From contig JBHEMM010000024.1 in assembly GCA_046262595.1 (NCBI GenBank), forward strand, positions 384 through 36,753: a stretch of 36,370 nt of DNA, read 5' to 3'. Every line of letters starts with the position of its first letter. The first letter of the stretch is position 1. Below the pieces are notes generated by a model that saw nothing but the letters and a program-made list of their open reading frames with translations, was not told the origin of the DNA and made no database searches. Both the position numbers and the translations under genes were made by a program. This document shows positions 1-9,028 of this stretch, piece by piece. The DNA comes from Vulcanimicrobiaceae bacterium (GTDB lineage Bacteria > Vulcanimicrobiota > Vulcanimicrobiia > Vulcanimicrobiales > Vulcanimicrobiaceae).

Positions 1-181
1 CCTGCAGCACCGTGTGGCCCACGCGCGCGCCCAATGCGTATGCGGCCGCATCCAGTTCGATCACGCGGCCGCGATCCGGCTTATCGGCCAGCACCGCCGG
101 TTCTTGTGCGGGAATCTCCGGATGCTCGCGCCGCGCAAGGGCGAGGCCGAATGAGGGAACGTGCACGCACAGCACCTGCAT
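1..181 (-). CDS. imuB: ImuB-like Y-family polymerase homologue, N-terminal part (runs off window start; not in ORF track)
   Basis: Hand translation from ATG at 181 (TGATG overlap with imuA stop): MQVLCVHVPSFGLALARREHPEIPAQEPAVLADKPDRGRVIELDAAAYALGARVGHTVLQ. Resembles the IMS/ImuB N-terminus (AxxxGxxxG.t..qA pattern) and lies directly after imuA. Confidence 0.7.
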   Translation of the reverse strand, partial: MQVLCVHVPSFGLALARREHPEIPAQEPAVLADKPDRGRVIELDAAAYALGARVGHTVLQ

Positions 182-864
182 CACGCCGCTCCGATATGCA
201 GCTGCGCCGTTGCGCCCGGTGCCGCGCGCTTATGCTTGAGCACGTGCGCATGCATGTCGTAACCACTCAGTTCGCCCTGTACGCCGTGCTGCGACCAGAC
301 GACGCGATCGATCGCGCAGCGCACTCGCGTCGAGGCGAAATATCCGAGCTCCGTGCTGGGGTGCAGCGCGAGCACCAGCAGCAGCGTTCCGCTTTTCTGT
401 GCCAGGCCGCACAGGCGCGACCACACGGTAGCGCGCAGCGGAACGGCGGGCATTGCGACCAGCGCGAACGTTTTGGCGCGCAGCAAGATGTCGGCGCTGC
501 GTGCGGTTTGCAGCGGCGTGCCGGCGGCGACCACGGGCATGCGCGCCAACAACACGCCGGCGTCTTCCAAGCCGGGCGGATACAGCGTGCCGTCGTGCAC
601 CACGGCGGCCAGGCCGGATCGTGTCGCTTCGGCGAGCATGCGCGCCAATACGGCGGTCCGCCCGGCACTGGGCGGACCTTCCAGGGTCGCCACCGTGCCG
701 CGCGCAAAACCGCCCGATAAGGCTTGGTCCAAGGCGGGGAAACCGCTGGGAAAGGCATCTTCCAGCGCCGCGACGATGCGGCCGCCGGCACGGATGTCCA
801 GGCCCGCCTTGAGCGTCTCGAAGGTTGCCCCAGGCGCGGGGTGAAGGCGAACTGCAGCGTTCAT
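181..864 (-). CDS. imuA: ImuA / RecA-like mutasome accessory protein
   Basis: FPSGFPALDQALSGGFARGTVATLEGPPSAGRT (RecA-like N-terminus with degenerate Walker A), LYPPGLxxxG, SRL..LAQKSG; SOS box upstream and imuB-like gene downstream. Confidence 0.8.
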   Translation of the reverse strand: MNAAVRLHPAPGATFETLKAGLDIRAGGRIVAALEDAFPSGFPALDQALSGGFARGTVATLEGPPSAGRTAVLARMLAEATRSGLAAVVHDGTLYPPGLEDAGVLLARMPVVAAGTPLQTARSADILLRAKTFALVAMPAVPLRATVWSRLCGLAQKSGTLLLVLALHPSTELGYFASTRVRCAIDRVVWSQHGVQGELSGYDMHAHVLKHKRAAPGATAQLHIGAA

Positions 865-873
865 GGGAAGACG

Positions 874-903
874 ATCCTAATCGAACATATGTTCGATTGT
901 CAA
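874..903 (-). promoter_or_regulatory. sigma70/sigmaA-type promoter of imuA
   Basis: TTGACA (903-898), 18-nt spacer, TAGGAT (879-874); the SOS box fills the spacer. Confidence 0.7.
879..898. promoter_or_regulatory. LexA (SOS) box, GAAC-N4-GTTC type
   Basis: Perfect 20-bp palindrome AATCGAACATATGTTCGATT matching the Firmicutes/Actinobacteria-type CGAAC-N4-GTTCG, directly upstream of imuA. Confidence 0.9.
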
Positions 904-922
904 TGAACTGCGGGAGATTTGT

Positions 923-2971
923 TTGATCCGGGTCGGCATCGACGTGGGCGGCACATTCACCGATTTGGTAGCCGTCGATATGACCACTGGGCAGCGGCAT
1001 ATCGTCAAATGTCCCAGCACGCCGCGCGCCCCCGAAGAAGGCGTGCTCCAAGCGCTCGACCGCCTCTTCGCCCGGTTCGAGCGTCCGCCGGCCATCGAGT
1101 ATTTGGCGCACTCCACCACCATCGCTACCAACGCGCTGCTCGGGCAGATGCACCTGGAGCTGCCGCGCGTGGTGTTCGTCACGACGTCCGGCTTCCGCGA
1201 CGTGGTCGAGATCGGGCGGCAAAACCGAAGCGAGGTCTACAATCTGCGGGTCACGCGCCCCAAGCCGCTGGCCGCGCGCGAGGATCGCATCGGCGCGCAC
1301 GAGCGCATGGATTACCGCGGCGAGGTTTTAGAAGCGCTCACCGCCGCCGAATGCGAGCGCGTCGAACGCGAAGTGTGCGCGAGAAATCCGGACGCGGTTG
1401 CGATCGGTTTTCTGCACGCCTATGCCAACGATACGCACGAACGCCTGATGGCCGCAGCGCTCGAGCGCGCGCTGCCGGGCATTCCCATCACGCAATCGGC
1501 GCAAGTCGATCCGGAATACCGCGAATACGAACGCTTCTCGACCGCGCTGGTGAACGCGGCGCTGCTGCCGATCGTGCAGCGGTATATCGATCGCTTGCGT
1601 GCCGCGCTGCGGCAGCGCGGCATCGACGTGCCGCTCTACGTCATGCAGAGCAACGGCGGCATGGCTTCGGCGCAGCGTGTCGCGCTGCAGCCGGCGGCCA
1701 TCATCGAAAGCGGCCCCGCAAGCGGGGTCATCGCAGCGGCGGATCTGGCGCGCGAACAGCAAGCGCAGCGCATTCTCTCCTTCGACATGGGCGGCACGAC
1801 CGCCAAAGCCGGAACGGTGCTTGACGGCGCGGTGCAGATCGCCAACGAATTCGAAGCGGCGGGCAGCACGCATAGCGGACGCTCCGTCAAAGGCAGCGGT
1901 TATCCGGTGCGTTTTCCATTCGTGGATCTCGCCGAAATCAGCGCGGGCGGCGGCACGATTGCGTTCGTGGACGAAGCCGGCGCGCTGCGCGTCGGGCCGC
2001 TTTCGGCAGGCGCCGATCCGGGCCCGGCGTGTTACGGCAACTCCACGCGAGCGACAGTGACCGATGCGAACGTCGTTTTAGGGCGCTTGAGCGGAGAGGC
2101 GCTCGCGGGCGGCACGCTGCCGATCGATGCATCGCTCGCGCGGGCGGCAATTTCACAGATTGCTGCCGCCGTCGGCTTGAGCGTGGAAGTGGCTGCGGAA
2201 GGCATCGTGCGCATCGTCGATGCGCAGATGGCAAAGGTGCTGCGCATCGTCACGGTCGAGCGCGGTTTGGATCCGCGCGACTTCACGATGGTCGCGTTCG
2301 GCGGCAATGGTCCGCTGCACGCCTGTTCGCTTGCGGATGAACTGGGAATCCGCCGCGTGCTGATTCCCGCGGATCCGGGCGTTTTCTCCGCGTTCGGGTT
2401 GCTGGTCGCTCCGCTGCGCGCGAGTTTCGTTCAACCGGTGATGCGCCGGGCGGACGAGGTTTGCACAGCGGATCTCGCCGCGCTCTCGAGCGAACTGCAT
2501 GTGCGCGGACAGAGCGCGATGCGCGAACAAGGCGCGCACGCCGCGAAGTTCACCGTGGAGTACGATGCGCGCTACCGGGGGCAAAGCTTTGAACTGAACG
2601 TTGCGGGTGCGTCCGAACCGCGGCTCCTGGCAGAGCGTTTTCACGAAGCGCACCGTCGGCGTTATGGCTACGACGTGCAAGAGGAGGCGGTCGAAATCGT
2701 CAATGCGCGGCTCGGTGCGGCGGCCTCCCTGCGGCCGCTGCCGCACCGGCAAACGAACGACGCGCCGCACGGCTCGCACGTCACGATGCAGCGCGCGCTC
2801 TGGCTCGATGGAGGCTTTGCCCAGGTTCCGGTGCACCGCCGCGAAAGCTTGCAGGAAGGCCTCATGCTCGCCGGACCGGCTCTGATCGAACAGTACGATA
2901 CGTGCACGTTCGTCGCGCCGCAGTGGCAGGCGCGTACGAGCGCGGATGCTTTATTGCTGGAGCGCACATGA
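923..2971 (+). CDS. hyuA: Hydantoinase/5-oxoprolinase subunit A (N-methylhydantoinase A family)
   Basis: GIDVGGTFTD, HSTTIATNALL, REYERFSTALVNA, ESGPASG, FDMGGTTAK, VGPLSAGADPGPACYG, AFGGNGPLHA; GGGAG RBS before TTG. Confidence 0.9.
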   Translation: MIRVGIDVGGTFTDLVAVDMTTGQRHIVKCPSTPRAPEEGVLQALDRLFARFERPPAIEYLAHSTTIATNALLGQMHLELPRVVFVTTSGFRDVVEIGRQNRSEVYNLRVTRPKPLAAREDRIGAHERMDYRGEVLEALTAAECERVEREVCARNPDAVAIGFLHAYANDTHERLMAAALERALPGIPITQSAQVDPEYREYERFSTALVNAALLPIVQRYIDRLRAALRQRGIDVPLYVMQSNGGMASAQRVALQPAAIIESGPASGVIAAADLAREQQAQRILSFDMGGTTAKAGTVLDGAVQIANEFEAAGSTHSGRSVKGSGYPVRFPFVDLAEISAGGGTIAFVDEAGALRVGPLSAGADPGPACYGNSTRATVTDANVVLGRLSGEALAGGTLPIDASLARAAISQIAAAVGLSVEVAAEGIVRIVDAQMAKVLRIVTVERGLDPRDFTMVAFGGNGPLHACSLADELGIRRVLIPADPGVFSAFGLLVAPLRASFVQPVMRRADEVCTADLAALSSELHVRGQSAMREQGAHAAKFTVEYDARYRGQSFELNVAGASEPRLLAERFHEAHRRRYGYDVQEEAVEIVNARLGAAASLRPLPHRQTNDAPHGSHVTMQRALWLDGGFAQVPVHRRESLQEGLMLAGPALIEQYDTCTFVAPQWQARTSADALLLERT

Positions 2972-4596
2972 ACGTGGATCCCGTCACCGTCGAAGTGATC
3001 AAAAGTTCGCTGATGTACGCGAGCGAAGAGATGGGCATCGCGGTGCGCAACAGCGCGTATTCGCCGAACATCAAGGAGCGCTTGGATCACTCGTGCGCGC
3101 TCTTCGATAAGCACGCGCGCCTCATCGCCCAAGCCGAACACATCCCGGTGCACTTGGGCTCCCTGCCCTGGGGTTTAAAAGAAACGCTGCGCGTCATCGA
3201 ACGTGAGCATGGCGGCGTCGCGCCCGGCGAGATGTGGATCGTCAACGATCCCTACGTTTCCGGAACGCATTTGAACGACGTGACGGTGATCCGGCCCGTG
3301 TTTTTCGCCGGCGAGCTGTTCGGCTTCGCGGCGAACAAGGCGCATCATACCGATGTGGGCGGCATGGTGCCGGGCTCCATGTCCGCCGACGCGCCGGATC
3401 TCTTTGCGGAAGGACTGATCGTTCCGCCGATGCGCTTGGACAGCCGCGCCATCGCGCTGTTCCGCGCGAATTCACGCACGCCCGGCGCGCGCAGCGGCGA
3501 CTTGCGCGCGCAAACAGCCGGCAATTACACGGGCGAACGCCGCACCCTCGAGTTGTTGGAACGCTACGGCGTGCAGACCGTGCAATCGGCCATCGATCGG
3601 CTGCTGGAGGAGAGCGAAATCCGCATGCGCGCGGCGCTGCGCCGCTTGGGCGAAGGAACCTTCCGCTACGAGGACGTGCTCGAGGACCGCGCCGGCGCGC
3701 CGTCCATCCGCATTGCGCTGCAACTGACGCTAAGCGCCGGAAGCGCACATTTCGACTATACCGGAACCGCGGCACAAGTCGCCTATCCGATGAATGCGGT
3801 GTACGGCGTCACCCTCTCGGGCGTGTACTATGCACTGCGCGCGGTGACCGATCGGGACATTCCGATGAACGAGGGCTGCTTCCGGCCGGTGTCCGTGCAC
3901 GTGCCGGAAGGAACGATCCTTCATCCGCTGCGGCCGGCGCCGGTTGCCGGCGGCAACGTCGAGACGAGCACGCGCAACGCGGACGTGGTGCTCGGCGCGC
4001 TCGCGCAAGCGGCGCCGCATCTGGTTCCGGCGCAGAGCGGCGGCACCATGAGCAACGTCATGATGGGCGGCGTTACGGCGGGGGGCGATGCATGGGCGTT
4101 TTATGAAACGAACGGCTGCGGCATGGGCGCGCGTCCGGGAATGGACGGCATACCGGGCATTCAATGCCACATGACTAACACGCTCAATACACCGATCGAG
4201 GCGATCGAACGCGACTATCCGCTGCGCGTACGGCGGTACGAATTTGCGCAAGGCACGGGGGGCGGCGGCCGCTACCGCGGCGGTGAGGGTTTGATCCGCG
4301 CCCTGGAACTCACCGGGGGAAGCGCGCAACTCTCGCTGCTTGCCGAACGCCATAACGTGCATCCGCAGGGTGCGCAGGGCGGCGGTGAGGGCGCAACCGG
4401 CGCGCATACGCTCGAGCTTCGAAACGGCGAACGCGAAATGCTGCCGGCAAAGACCAGCCGCCGTCTGCAGTCTGGAGACTGCATCGTCGTTCAGACGCCC
4501 GGAGGCGGCGGCTACGGCTTGATGCTCGGCGAGGGAGCGGGAAGCGGCGAAGGCAGCGGCGGGGAGCTGGGCCCCGGGATTTTGCCGCCGCACTGA
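2968..4596 (+). CDS. hyuB: Hydantoinase B/oxoprolinase family subunit
   Basis: Start moved to ATG 2968 (ATGA overlap with hyuA stop). AYSPNIKERLDHSCALFD, HIPVHLGS, NDPYVSGTHLND, HHTDVGGMVPGS, TNTLNTPIEAIE, TPGGGGYG. Confidence 0.9.
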   Translation: MNVDPVTVEVIKSSLMYASEEMGIAVRNSAYSPNIKERLDHSCALFDKHARLIAQAEHIPVHLGSLPWGLKETLRVIEREHGGVAPGEMWIVNDPYVSGTHLNDVTVIRPVFFAGELFGFAANKAHHTDVGGMVPGSMSADAPDLFAEGLIVPPMRLDSRAIALFRANSRTPGARSGDLRAQTAGNYTGERRTLELLERYGVQTVQSAIDRLLEESEIRMRAALRRLGEGTFRYEDVLEDRAGAPSIRIALQLTLSAGSAHFDYTGTAAQVAYPMNAVYGVTLSGVYYALRAVTDRDIPMNEGCFRPVSVHVPEGTILHPLRPAPVAGGNVETSTRNADVVLGALAQAAPHLVPAQSGGTMSNVMMGGVTAGGDAWAFYETNGCGMGARPGMDGIPGIQCHMTNTLNTPIEAIERDYPLRVRRYEFAQGTGGGGRYRGGEGLIRALELTGGSAQLSLLAERHNVHPQGAQGGGEGATGAHTLELRNGEREMLPAKTSRRLQSGDCIVVQTPGGGGYGLMLGEGAGSGEGSGGELGPGILPPH

Positions 4597-5396
4597 GGCA
4601 CCGCTTTGAGGATTGAGAAGGTTGCCGCCGCCTCGCCTTGCGCGATCTCGGCTTGATAGGCGAGCATCTGCTGATCGAACATGTTGAGCGGATTGTAACC
4701 GATCGCGTTGTTCGTGTTCGCGTAGCGCGGATCGTTTTTCATCGTGCCGGCCGGATCGTTCGCCGCCGTGTTCACGCCGGCGTTCAGAATCTCGGCGGGC
4801 GCGGTCGTGGCTCGCGCAACGGGGCGATTCGCCGCAGCGTTTGGTGAGGAATTGCTGTTCACCGCCGCGTCGTACTGATGGCCGGCCGCCTGCAGCTGAC
4901 CGAGCTGCTCCGTGTCGATAAAACCGCTAATGAGATCGAGCGCGTTCTTTTGCTTGGCCAGAACCTGCGCAAGCTGCGTGCGCATCTGCAGCAGCTGCTT
5001 GTCGTTGTCGTTCTGCGCTTTGCGTGGATAGATCGGGTCGTTCAGCAGCGCTTCAATGTTCTGCGTGCCCTTGACGAGCGGGCCGACTAAACGCTCGAGC
5101 CGCGCGACCGCCATGTCCTTGCCGCCTTCGCTGCCGAGCGAGGCGCTCGCCACGAAATCCTGCAGCATCGGACGGCTCGTCGCGATCGTCTTGTCGTTCT
5201 GCAGCACCTTACCGACCGCGGGACCGATCGAACGCCGCAAGCCCATGCACATACGCGAGTTCGAGTACACGTGCTTAATCGTCTTGAGCGGCGTCGGTTT
5301 CGGCACCGGGCGCGCAAGCACCGCAGCGGGGGCCGGGCCCACGCTCAGCAAGGTGAGCGCGGCAAGCGCGACCGGCGTCAAAAGGCGTACAATCAT
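4512..5396 (-). CDS. Secreted hypothetical protein with signal peptide, helical core and Pro/Ser-rich tail
   Basis: Hydrophobic N-terminus (LLTPVALAALTLLSVGPAPAA), two Cys, C-terminal PSSPPLPSPLPAPSPS; TATAAT just upstream. No family recognised. Confidence 0.7.
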   Translation of the reverse strand: MIVRLLTPVALAALTLLSVGPAPAAVLARPVPKPTPLKTIKHVYSNSRMCMGLRRSIGPAVGKVLQNDKTIATSRPMLQDFVASASLGSEGGKDMAVARLERLVGPLVKGTQNIEALLNDPIYPRKAQNDNDKQLLQMRTQLAQVLAKQKNALDLISGFIDTEQLGQLQAAGHQYDAAVNSNSSPNAAANRPVARATTAPAEILNAGVNTAANDPAGTMKNDPRYANTNNAIGYNPLNMFDQQMLAYQAEIAQGEAAATFSILKAVPQCGGKIPGPSSPPLPSPLPAPSPSIKP

Positions 5397-5403
5397 CACC
5401 TCT

Positions 5404-5409
5404 ATTATA
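5404..5409 (-). promoter_or_regulatory. -10 element (TATAAT) of the secreted hypothetical gene
   Basis: Perfect TATAAT in GC-rich DNA, 7 nt before ATG 5396; no clear -35. Confidence 0.5.
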
Positions 5410-5465
5410 CGCTTGCCGCGGCATTTTGTGCCTGCTACCTTTGCTCGATCTCGTGATTTGGCGGT

Positions 5466-5966
5466 TTAGACCGCGAGGTCCGCCGTTTCGAGCGCCGCTT
5501 TTTCATCGCCGCTCATCACCATCGTGAGATCGAGCAGAATGATGAGCCGGTCGGCGACTTTGCCGACACCCTGGATATACTCCGTGCCGACGCCCGCAAT
5601 CATGTCCGGCGCTTTCTCGACTTGCTCGAGCGGAATATTGAGCACTTCGGAGACGCCGTCGACGACGATGCCGACGCGCTTACTGCCGATCTCGGTGACC
5701 ACGATGCGCGTGCTTTTCGTTTTGCCCGTACGCGGCATGCCGAAGCGCGTGCGCAAGTCGATGATGGGAATGAGCTGCCCGCGCAGATTGATCACGCCCT
5801 CCATAAAATGCGGTGCGCGCGGCACGTGCGTGATCTCCACCATACGGATGATTTCCTGAACTTGCGAGATGTCCACCCCGTACTCTTCGCTGCCCAGTGC
5901 GAACGAGACGACTTGCACCATTTCAGCAGCCGTGTGCTGTTTATCTTTGCGCTCCATGGATTGCAT
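5466..5966 (-). CDS. cheW: Chemotaxis coupling protein CheW
   Basis: VVSFALGSEEYGVDISQVQEIIR, ITHVPRAPHFMEGVINLRGQLIPIIDLRTRFG, VGIVVDGVSEV. Confidence 0.95.
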   Translation of the reverse strand: MQSMERKDKQHTAAEMVQVVSFALGSEEYGVDISQVQEIIRMVEITHVPRAPHFMEGVINLRGQLIPIIDLRTRFGMPRTGKTKSTRIVVTEIGSKRVGIVVDGVSEVLNIPLEQVEKAPDMIAGVGTEYIQGVGKVADRLIILLDLTMVMSGDEKAALETADLAV

Positions 5967-5972
5967 ATCTGT

Positions 5973-7865
5973 TTAGACTCCCGAATACTCGGCGCGTGCG
6001 ACGCGCCCGCTGTTATAGGCCTCGGACACAAGCGAATGAACGTCGATGATCAGCGAGATCGATCCGTTGCCCAAAATTGTCGCGCCGGAAATGCCTGCGA
6101 TGCGTCCGACGACATCGGAAAGCGGCTTGATCACGATCTCCTGTTCGCCTTGAAAAGAATCGACGACCAGGCCGACTTGACGCCCCTGCAGACCGACGAT
6201 CACGATCATCACTTTTTCCGGATCCCGCTCGCCGCCCAATTCGAAAAAGTCGGCGATGCGCACGAGCGGAACCACCTGGCCCCGTAACGTAATCACTTCG
6301 TTTCCGTGCACGGTCCGCACGTCCGGCATCTCCACCCGCTGCGATTCAACGACCGAATCCAGCGGAATGGCGTAAAGTTCGTCCGCCACTCGGACGAGCA
6401 GCGCCTGGATGATCGCAAGCGTCAGCGGCAGTTTGATCGTGAACGTTGTGCCCGCACCCGGGACGGTATTGACGTCGAACACACCTTTGAGGCGCGTGAT
6501 ATTCTTTTTGACCACGTCCATGCCGACGCCGCGCCCGCTCACATCGCTGATGCCCTCAGCGGTCGAAAAGCCCGGCGTGAAAATCAGCTCGACGATGTCG
6601 CGATCGCTCAGCTTGTCGTCGGCGGCAATCAGGCCGTGCTTGACGCCCCGCTCGCGAACGCGGTCCAAATCAATGCCGTTACCGTCGTCGCTGACCTCGA
6701 TGATGATCTGATTGCCTTCGTGATACGCATTGAGCGCGATGGTGCCGGCGCGCGGCTTCCCGCGGCGTTCGCGTTCGGCGGGCGGTTCGATTCCGTGATC
6801 GACGCAGTTGCGCAGTAGATGCATGAGCGGCTCGCCCACTTCGTCGACAATGGTTTTGTCCAAGTCCGTATCGGCGCCGGAAACTTGCAGATGGACTTCT
6901 TTTCCGCGCGCCTTCGCGACGTCGCGGACCAGGCGCGGGAAGCGGTCGAACACCTGCCCGATCGGCACCATGCGGACCTTCATGATCGATTCTTGAATTT
7001 CGTTCGTCGTGCGCGCCAGCAGCGCCGAACTTTCCGCCAGCTGCTTTGCCAGCGGCACGAGCAGCTTCGCTTTACCGTTCAACGCGGCGGCTTGACCCTT
7101 GTCCGTGAGCGCGTGCTCGAGCGTACCGGCGATATCCGAGATGCGCGTACGGTTGATGACGAGTTCGCCGACCAAATTGAGCAGCAAATCCAAGCGTCCG
7201 ATGTCGACGCGGATCGTTTGATGCATCGTGGCGCGCTGTTTTGATTTTTCCATGACGGCCGGCGCCGGCTGCAGATCGGCCTCCTGGGTCATTTCTTGTA
7301 CGGGCGGCGCCGTCTTTTGTGCCTGCTCGAGTAGCCGCGCGACTTCCGCTTCGAATGCGTCAGCGTCGACGTCGTGCGCCGCCGCGCCGCAGGCGTCCGC
7401 TCCCTCAAACACGGGATTGCCGCGGGTCGTACCCTCGATGACGTTCGACGTTTCTTCGTACACCGCAACGAACGAGTCGAGGCGGTCGCTATAGACGCCC
7501 AGTTCGGCCGGCTCGTCGCGTCCTTCGATTGCCGCCTTTACGAGGTCCGTTAAAAAGTCCCGTCCTGAAAACAGCATGTCGACGCAGCCTTCGGAGAGCG
7601 GCATGCGGTCTTTGCGCAGCAGGTCGCACAGATTTTCCAATTTATGCGCGAGGCCTTGGACGGCGGTAAACTGCAGCATGCCCGAACTGCCCTTGATCGT
7701 GTGAAGCGCGCGGAACAGCGAGTTGATCAGGGCGGCATCGGCGTGGCCGCTCGAGACGTAATCTTCGAGATGAAGCAGATCGGCGTCGATCTGCTGCAGC
7801 AGCTCTTCCGCTTCGTCTCTGAAATACGAGATAAATTCCGAGCGGTGGAAGAGATCGTCAGACAT
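5973..7865 (-). CDS. cheA: Chemotaxis histidine kinase CheA
   Basis: Hpt FRALHTIKGSSG, TIRVDIGRLDLLLNLVGELVI, HLLRNCVDHGIE, DDGNGID, FTPGFSTA..SGRGVGMDVV, C-terminal CheW-like domain. Confidence 0.97.
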   Translation of the reverse strand: MSDDLFHRSEFISYFRDEAEELLQQIDADLLHLEDYVSSGHADAALINSLFRALHTIKGSSGMLQFTAVQGLAHKLENLCDLLRKDRMPLSEGCVDMLFSGRDFLTDLVKAAIEGRDEPAELGVYSDRLDSFVAVYEETSNVIEGTTRGNPVFEGADACGAAAHDVDADAFEAEVARLLEQAQKTAPPVQEMTQEADLQPAPAVMEKSKQRATMHQTIRVDIGRLDLLLNLVGELVINRTRISDIAGTLEHALTDKGQAAALNGKAKLLVPLAKQLAESSALLARTTNEIQESIMKVRMVPIGQVFDRFPRLVRDVAKARGKEVHLQVSGADTDLDKTIVDEVGEPLMHLLRNCVDHGIEPPAERERRGKPRAGTIALNAYHEGNQIIIEVSDDGNGIDLDRVRERGVKHGLIAADDKLSDRDIVELIFTPGFSTAEGISDVSGRGVGMDVVKKNITRLKGVFDVNTVPGAGTTFTIKLPLTLAIIQALLVRVADELYAIPLDSVVESQRVEMPDVRTVHGNEVITLRGQVVPLVRIADFFELGGERDPEKVMIVIVGLQGRQVGLVVDSFQGEQEIVIKPLSDVVGRIAGISGATILGNGSISLIIDVHSLVSEAYNSGRVARAEYSGV

Positions 7866-7900
7866 GCATTGTTTTCGAGCGCAGCGCGTGAGCGGGCGCT

Positions 7901-8512
7901 CTACTCCACGCCGAAAACCTGTAAGAGCGGGCCGAGCGAGCCGGTCTCGGGAATCAGGATAAACTGCCCGGCGACTTCGCGCTCCTTGTCCAAGAACGCG
8001 CTCTCGATCAGAAACACGTCTTGGTCCGGTAAAATCGACATCAGCGTGCGGAACGCGGCCTGGATCGTACCGTAAGAGAGCGTCGGCACCGAGGGCAGCA
8101 CGTTCTGGCCGGTCAGATTATTGATCGCCGAGAGATACGAGCCGGCGATGATGTTGCCGATCTCCTTGAGCGTCGAATCGACGATCGAATCGAAGATTTG
8201 AATGTCGCCGATCACGCGCTTGAGAAATGTTGAAACGAAGTCGAGCGCTTGATCGCGGTCGAACAACACGACGATCTGCCCGGGCGCTTCGCCTCGGATG
8301 TACATGTGCAGCGCGGCAACCATCCGGTTTTCATGACCCACGCGTGAGGCGAGATCGCGAAACTTAATGACATCGATCCGCGGCTCGCTCAAATTGATCT
8401 TCGCGTTGAGCAGCTGCGAGAGCGCCGTCGCGGCGTGGCCGGCGCCGATATTGCCGACTTCCTTGAGCGCGTCTTTCTGCAGATCGTTCAGTTTGAGAAT
8501 TTCGGTGCTCAC
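7901..8512 (-). CDS. cheC: CheY-P phosphatase CheC
   Basis: DALKEVGNIGAGHAATALSQLL and second site LKEIGNIIAGSYL (two E-x2-N motifs). Confidence 0.92.
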   Translation of the reverse strand: MSTEILKLNDLQKDALKEVGNIGAGHAATALSQLLNAKINLSEPRIDVIKFRDLASRVGHENRMVAALHMYIRGEAPGQIVVLFDRDQALDFVSTFLKRVIGDIQIFDSIVDSTLKEIGNIIAGSYLSAINNLTGQNVLPSVPTLSYGTIQAAFRTLMSILPDQDVFLIESAFLDKEREVAGQFILIPETGSLGPLLQVFGVE

Positions 8513-8871
8513 GACAGCACCTTATTGATCGTTTCGAGTATTTTGGGCGGCTGGAACGGTTTGGTGATAAACGATTTCGCACCGGCTTGAATCGCCTCGA
8601 CCACGAGCGCCTGCTGTCCCATGGAGGTGCACATGATAATTTTTGCGTTCGGATCGTGGCCGATGATTTGGCGCACTGCCGTAATGCCGTCCATTTCAGG
8701 CATCACCATGTCCATGGTCACGAGATCCGGGTTGAGCGATTTGTATTTGTCGACTGCTTCCACGCCGTTCTGCGCTTCGCCGACGACCTCAAAACCATTC
8801 TTGCTCAAAATACCCTTAATCATCATGCGCATGACCACCGCATCATCCACGATGAGGACCCGCTTACTCAT
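8509..8871 (-). CDS. cheY: Chemotaxis response regulator CheY
   Basis: Start moved to ATG 8871: MSKRVLIVDDA..MRMMIK, PDLVTMDMVMPEMDG, CTSMGQQ, AGAKSFITKPF (Bacillus/Thermotoga-type CheY). Confidence 0.93.
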   Translation of the reverse strand: MSKRVLIVDDAVVMRMMIKGILSKNGFEVVGEAQNGVEAVDKYKSLNPDLVTMDMVMPEMDGITAVRQIIGHDPNAKIIMCTSMGQQALVVEAIQAGAKSFITKPFQPPKILETINKVLS

Positions 8872-8985
8872 GTCGTACTCATTCCTTTCGCTCCACATGC
8901 AACAACACGCGCGGGCTCTGCGTCTTTCCGGCTCGATGCCACGTCAAACGCACTGCAAGCGTAGTAGGCGCTGCAATCTCTCTTT

Positions 8986-9013
8986 TCATCGGCTTTATGG
9001 GCCGTTTTCATTA
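8986..9013 (-). promoter_or_regulatory. Putative sigma28 (FliA/SigD) promoter of cheY-cheC-cheA-cheW
   Basis: TAAT-N16-GCCGATGA versus consensus TAAA-N15/16-GCCGATAA. Confidence 0.6.
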
Positions 9014-9028
9014 GCAGGCTAAGAGACG

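Noticed and set aside
848..862. Second LexA-like site GAAC-TGCAGC-GTTC at the imuA start
   Set aside because: Spacer is 6 nt rather than 4 and it lies in coding sequence.
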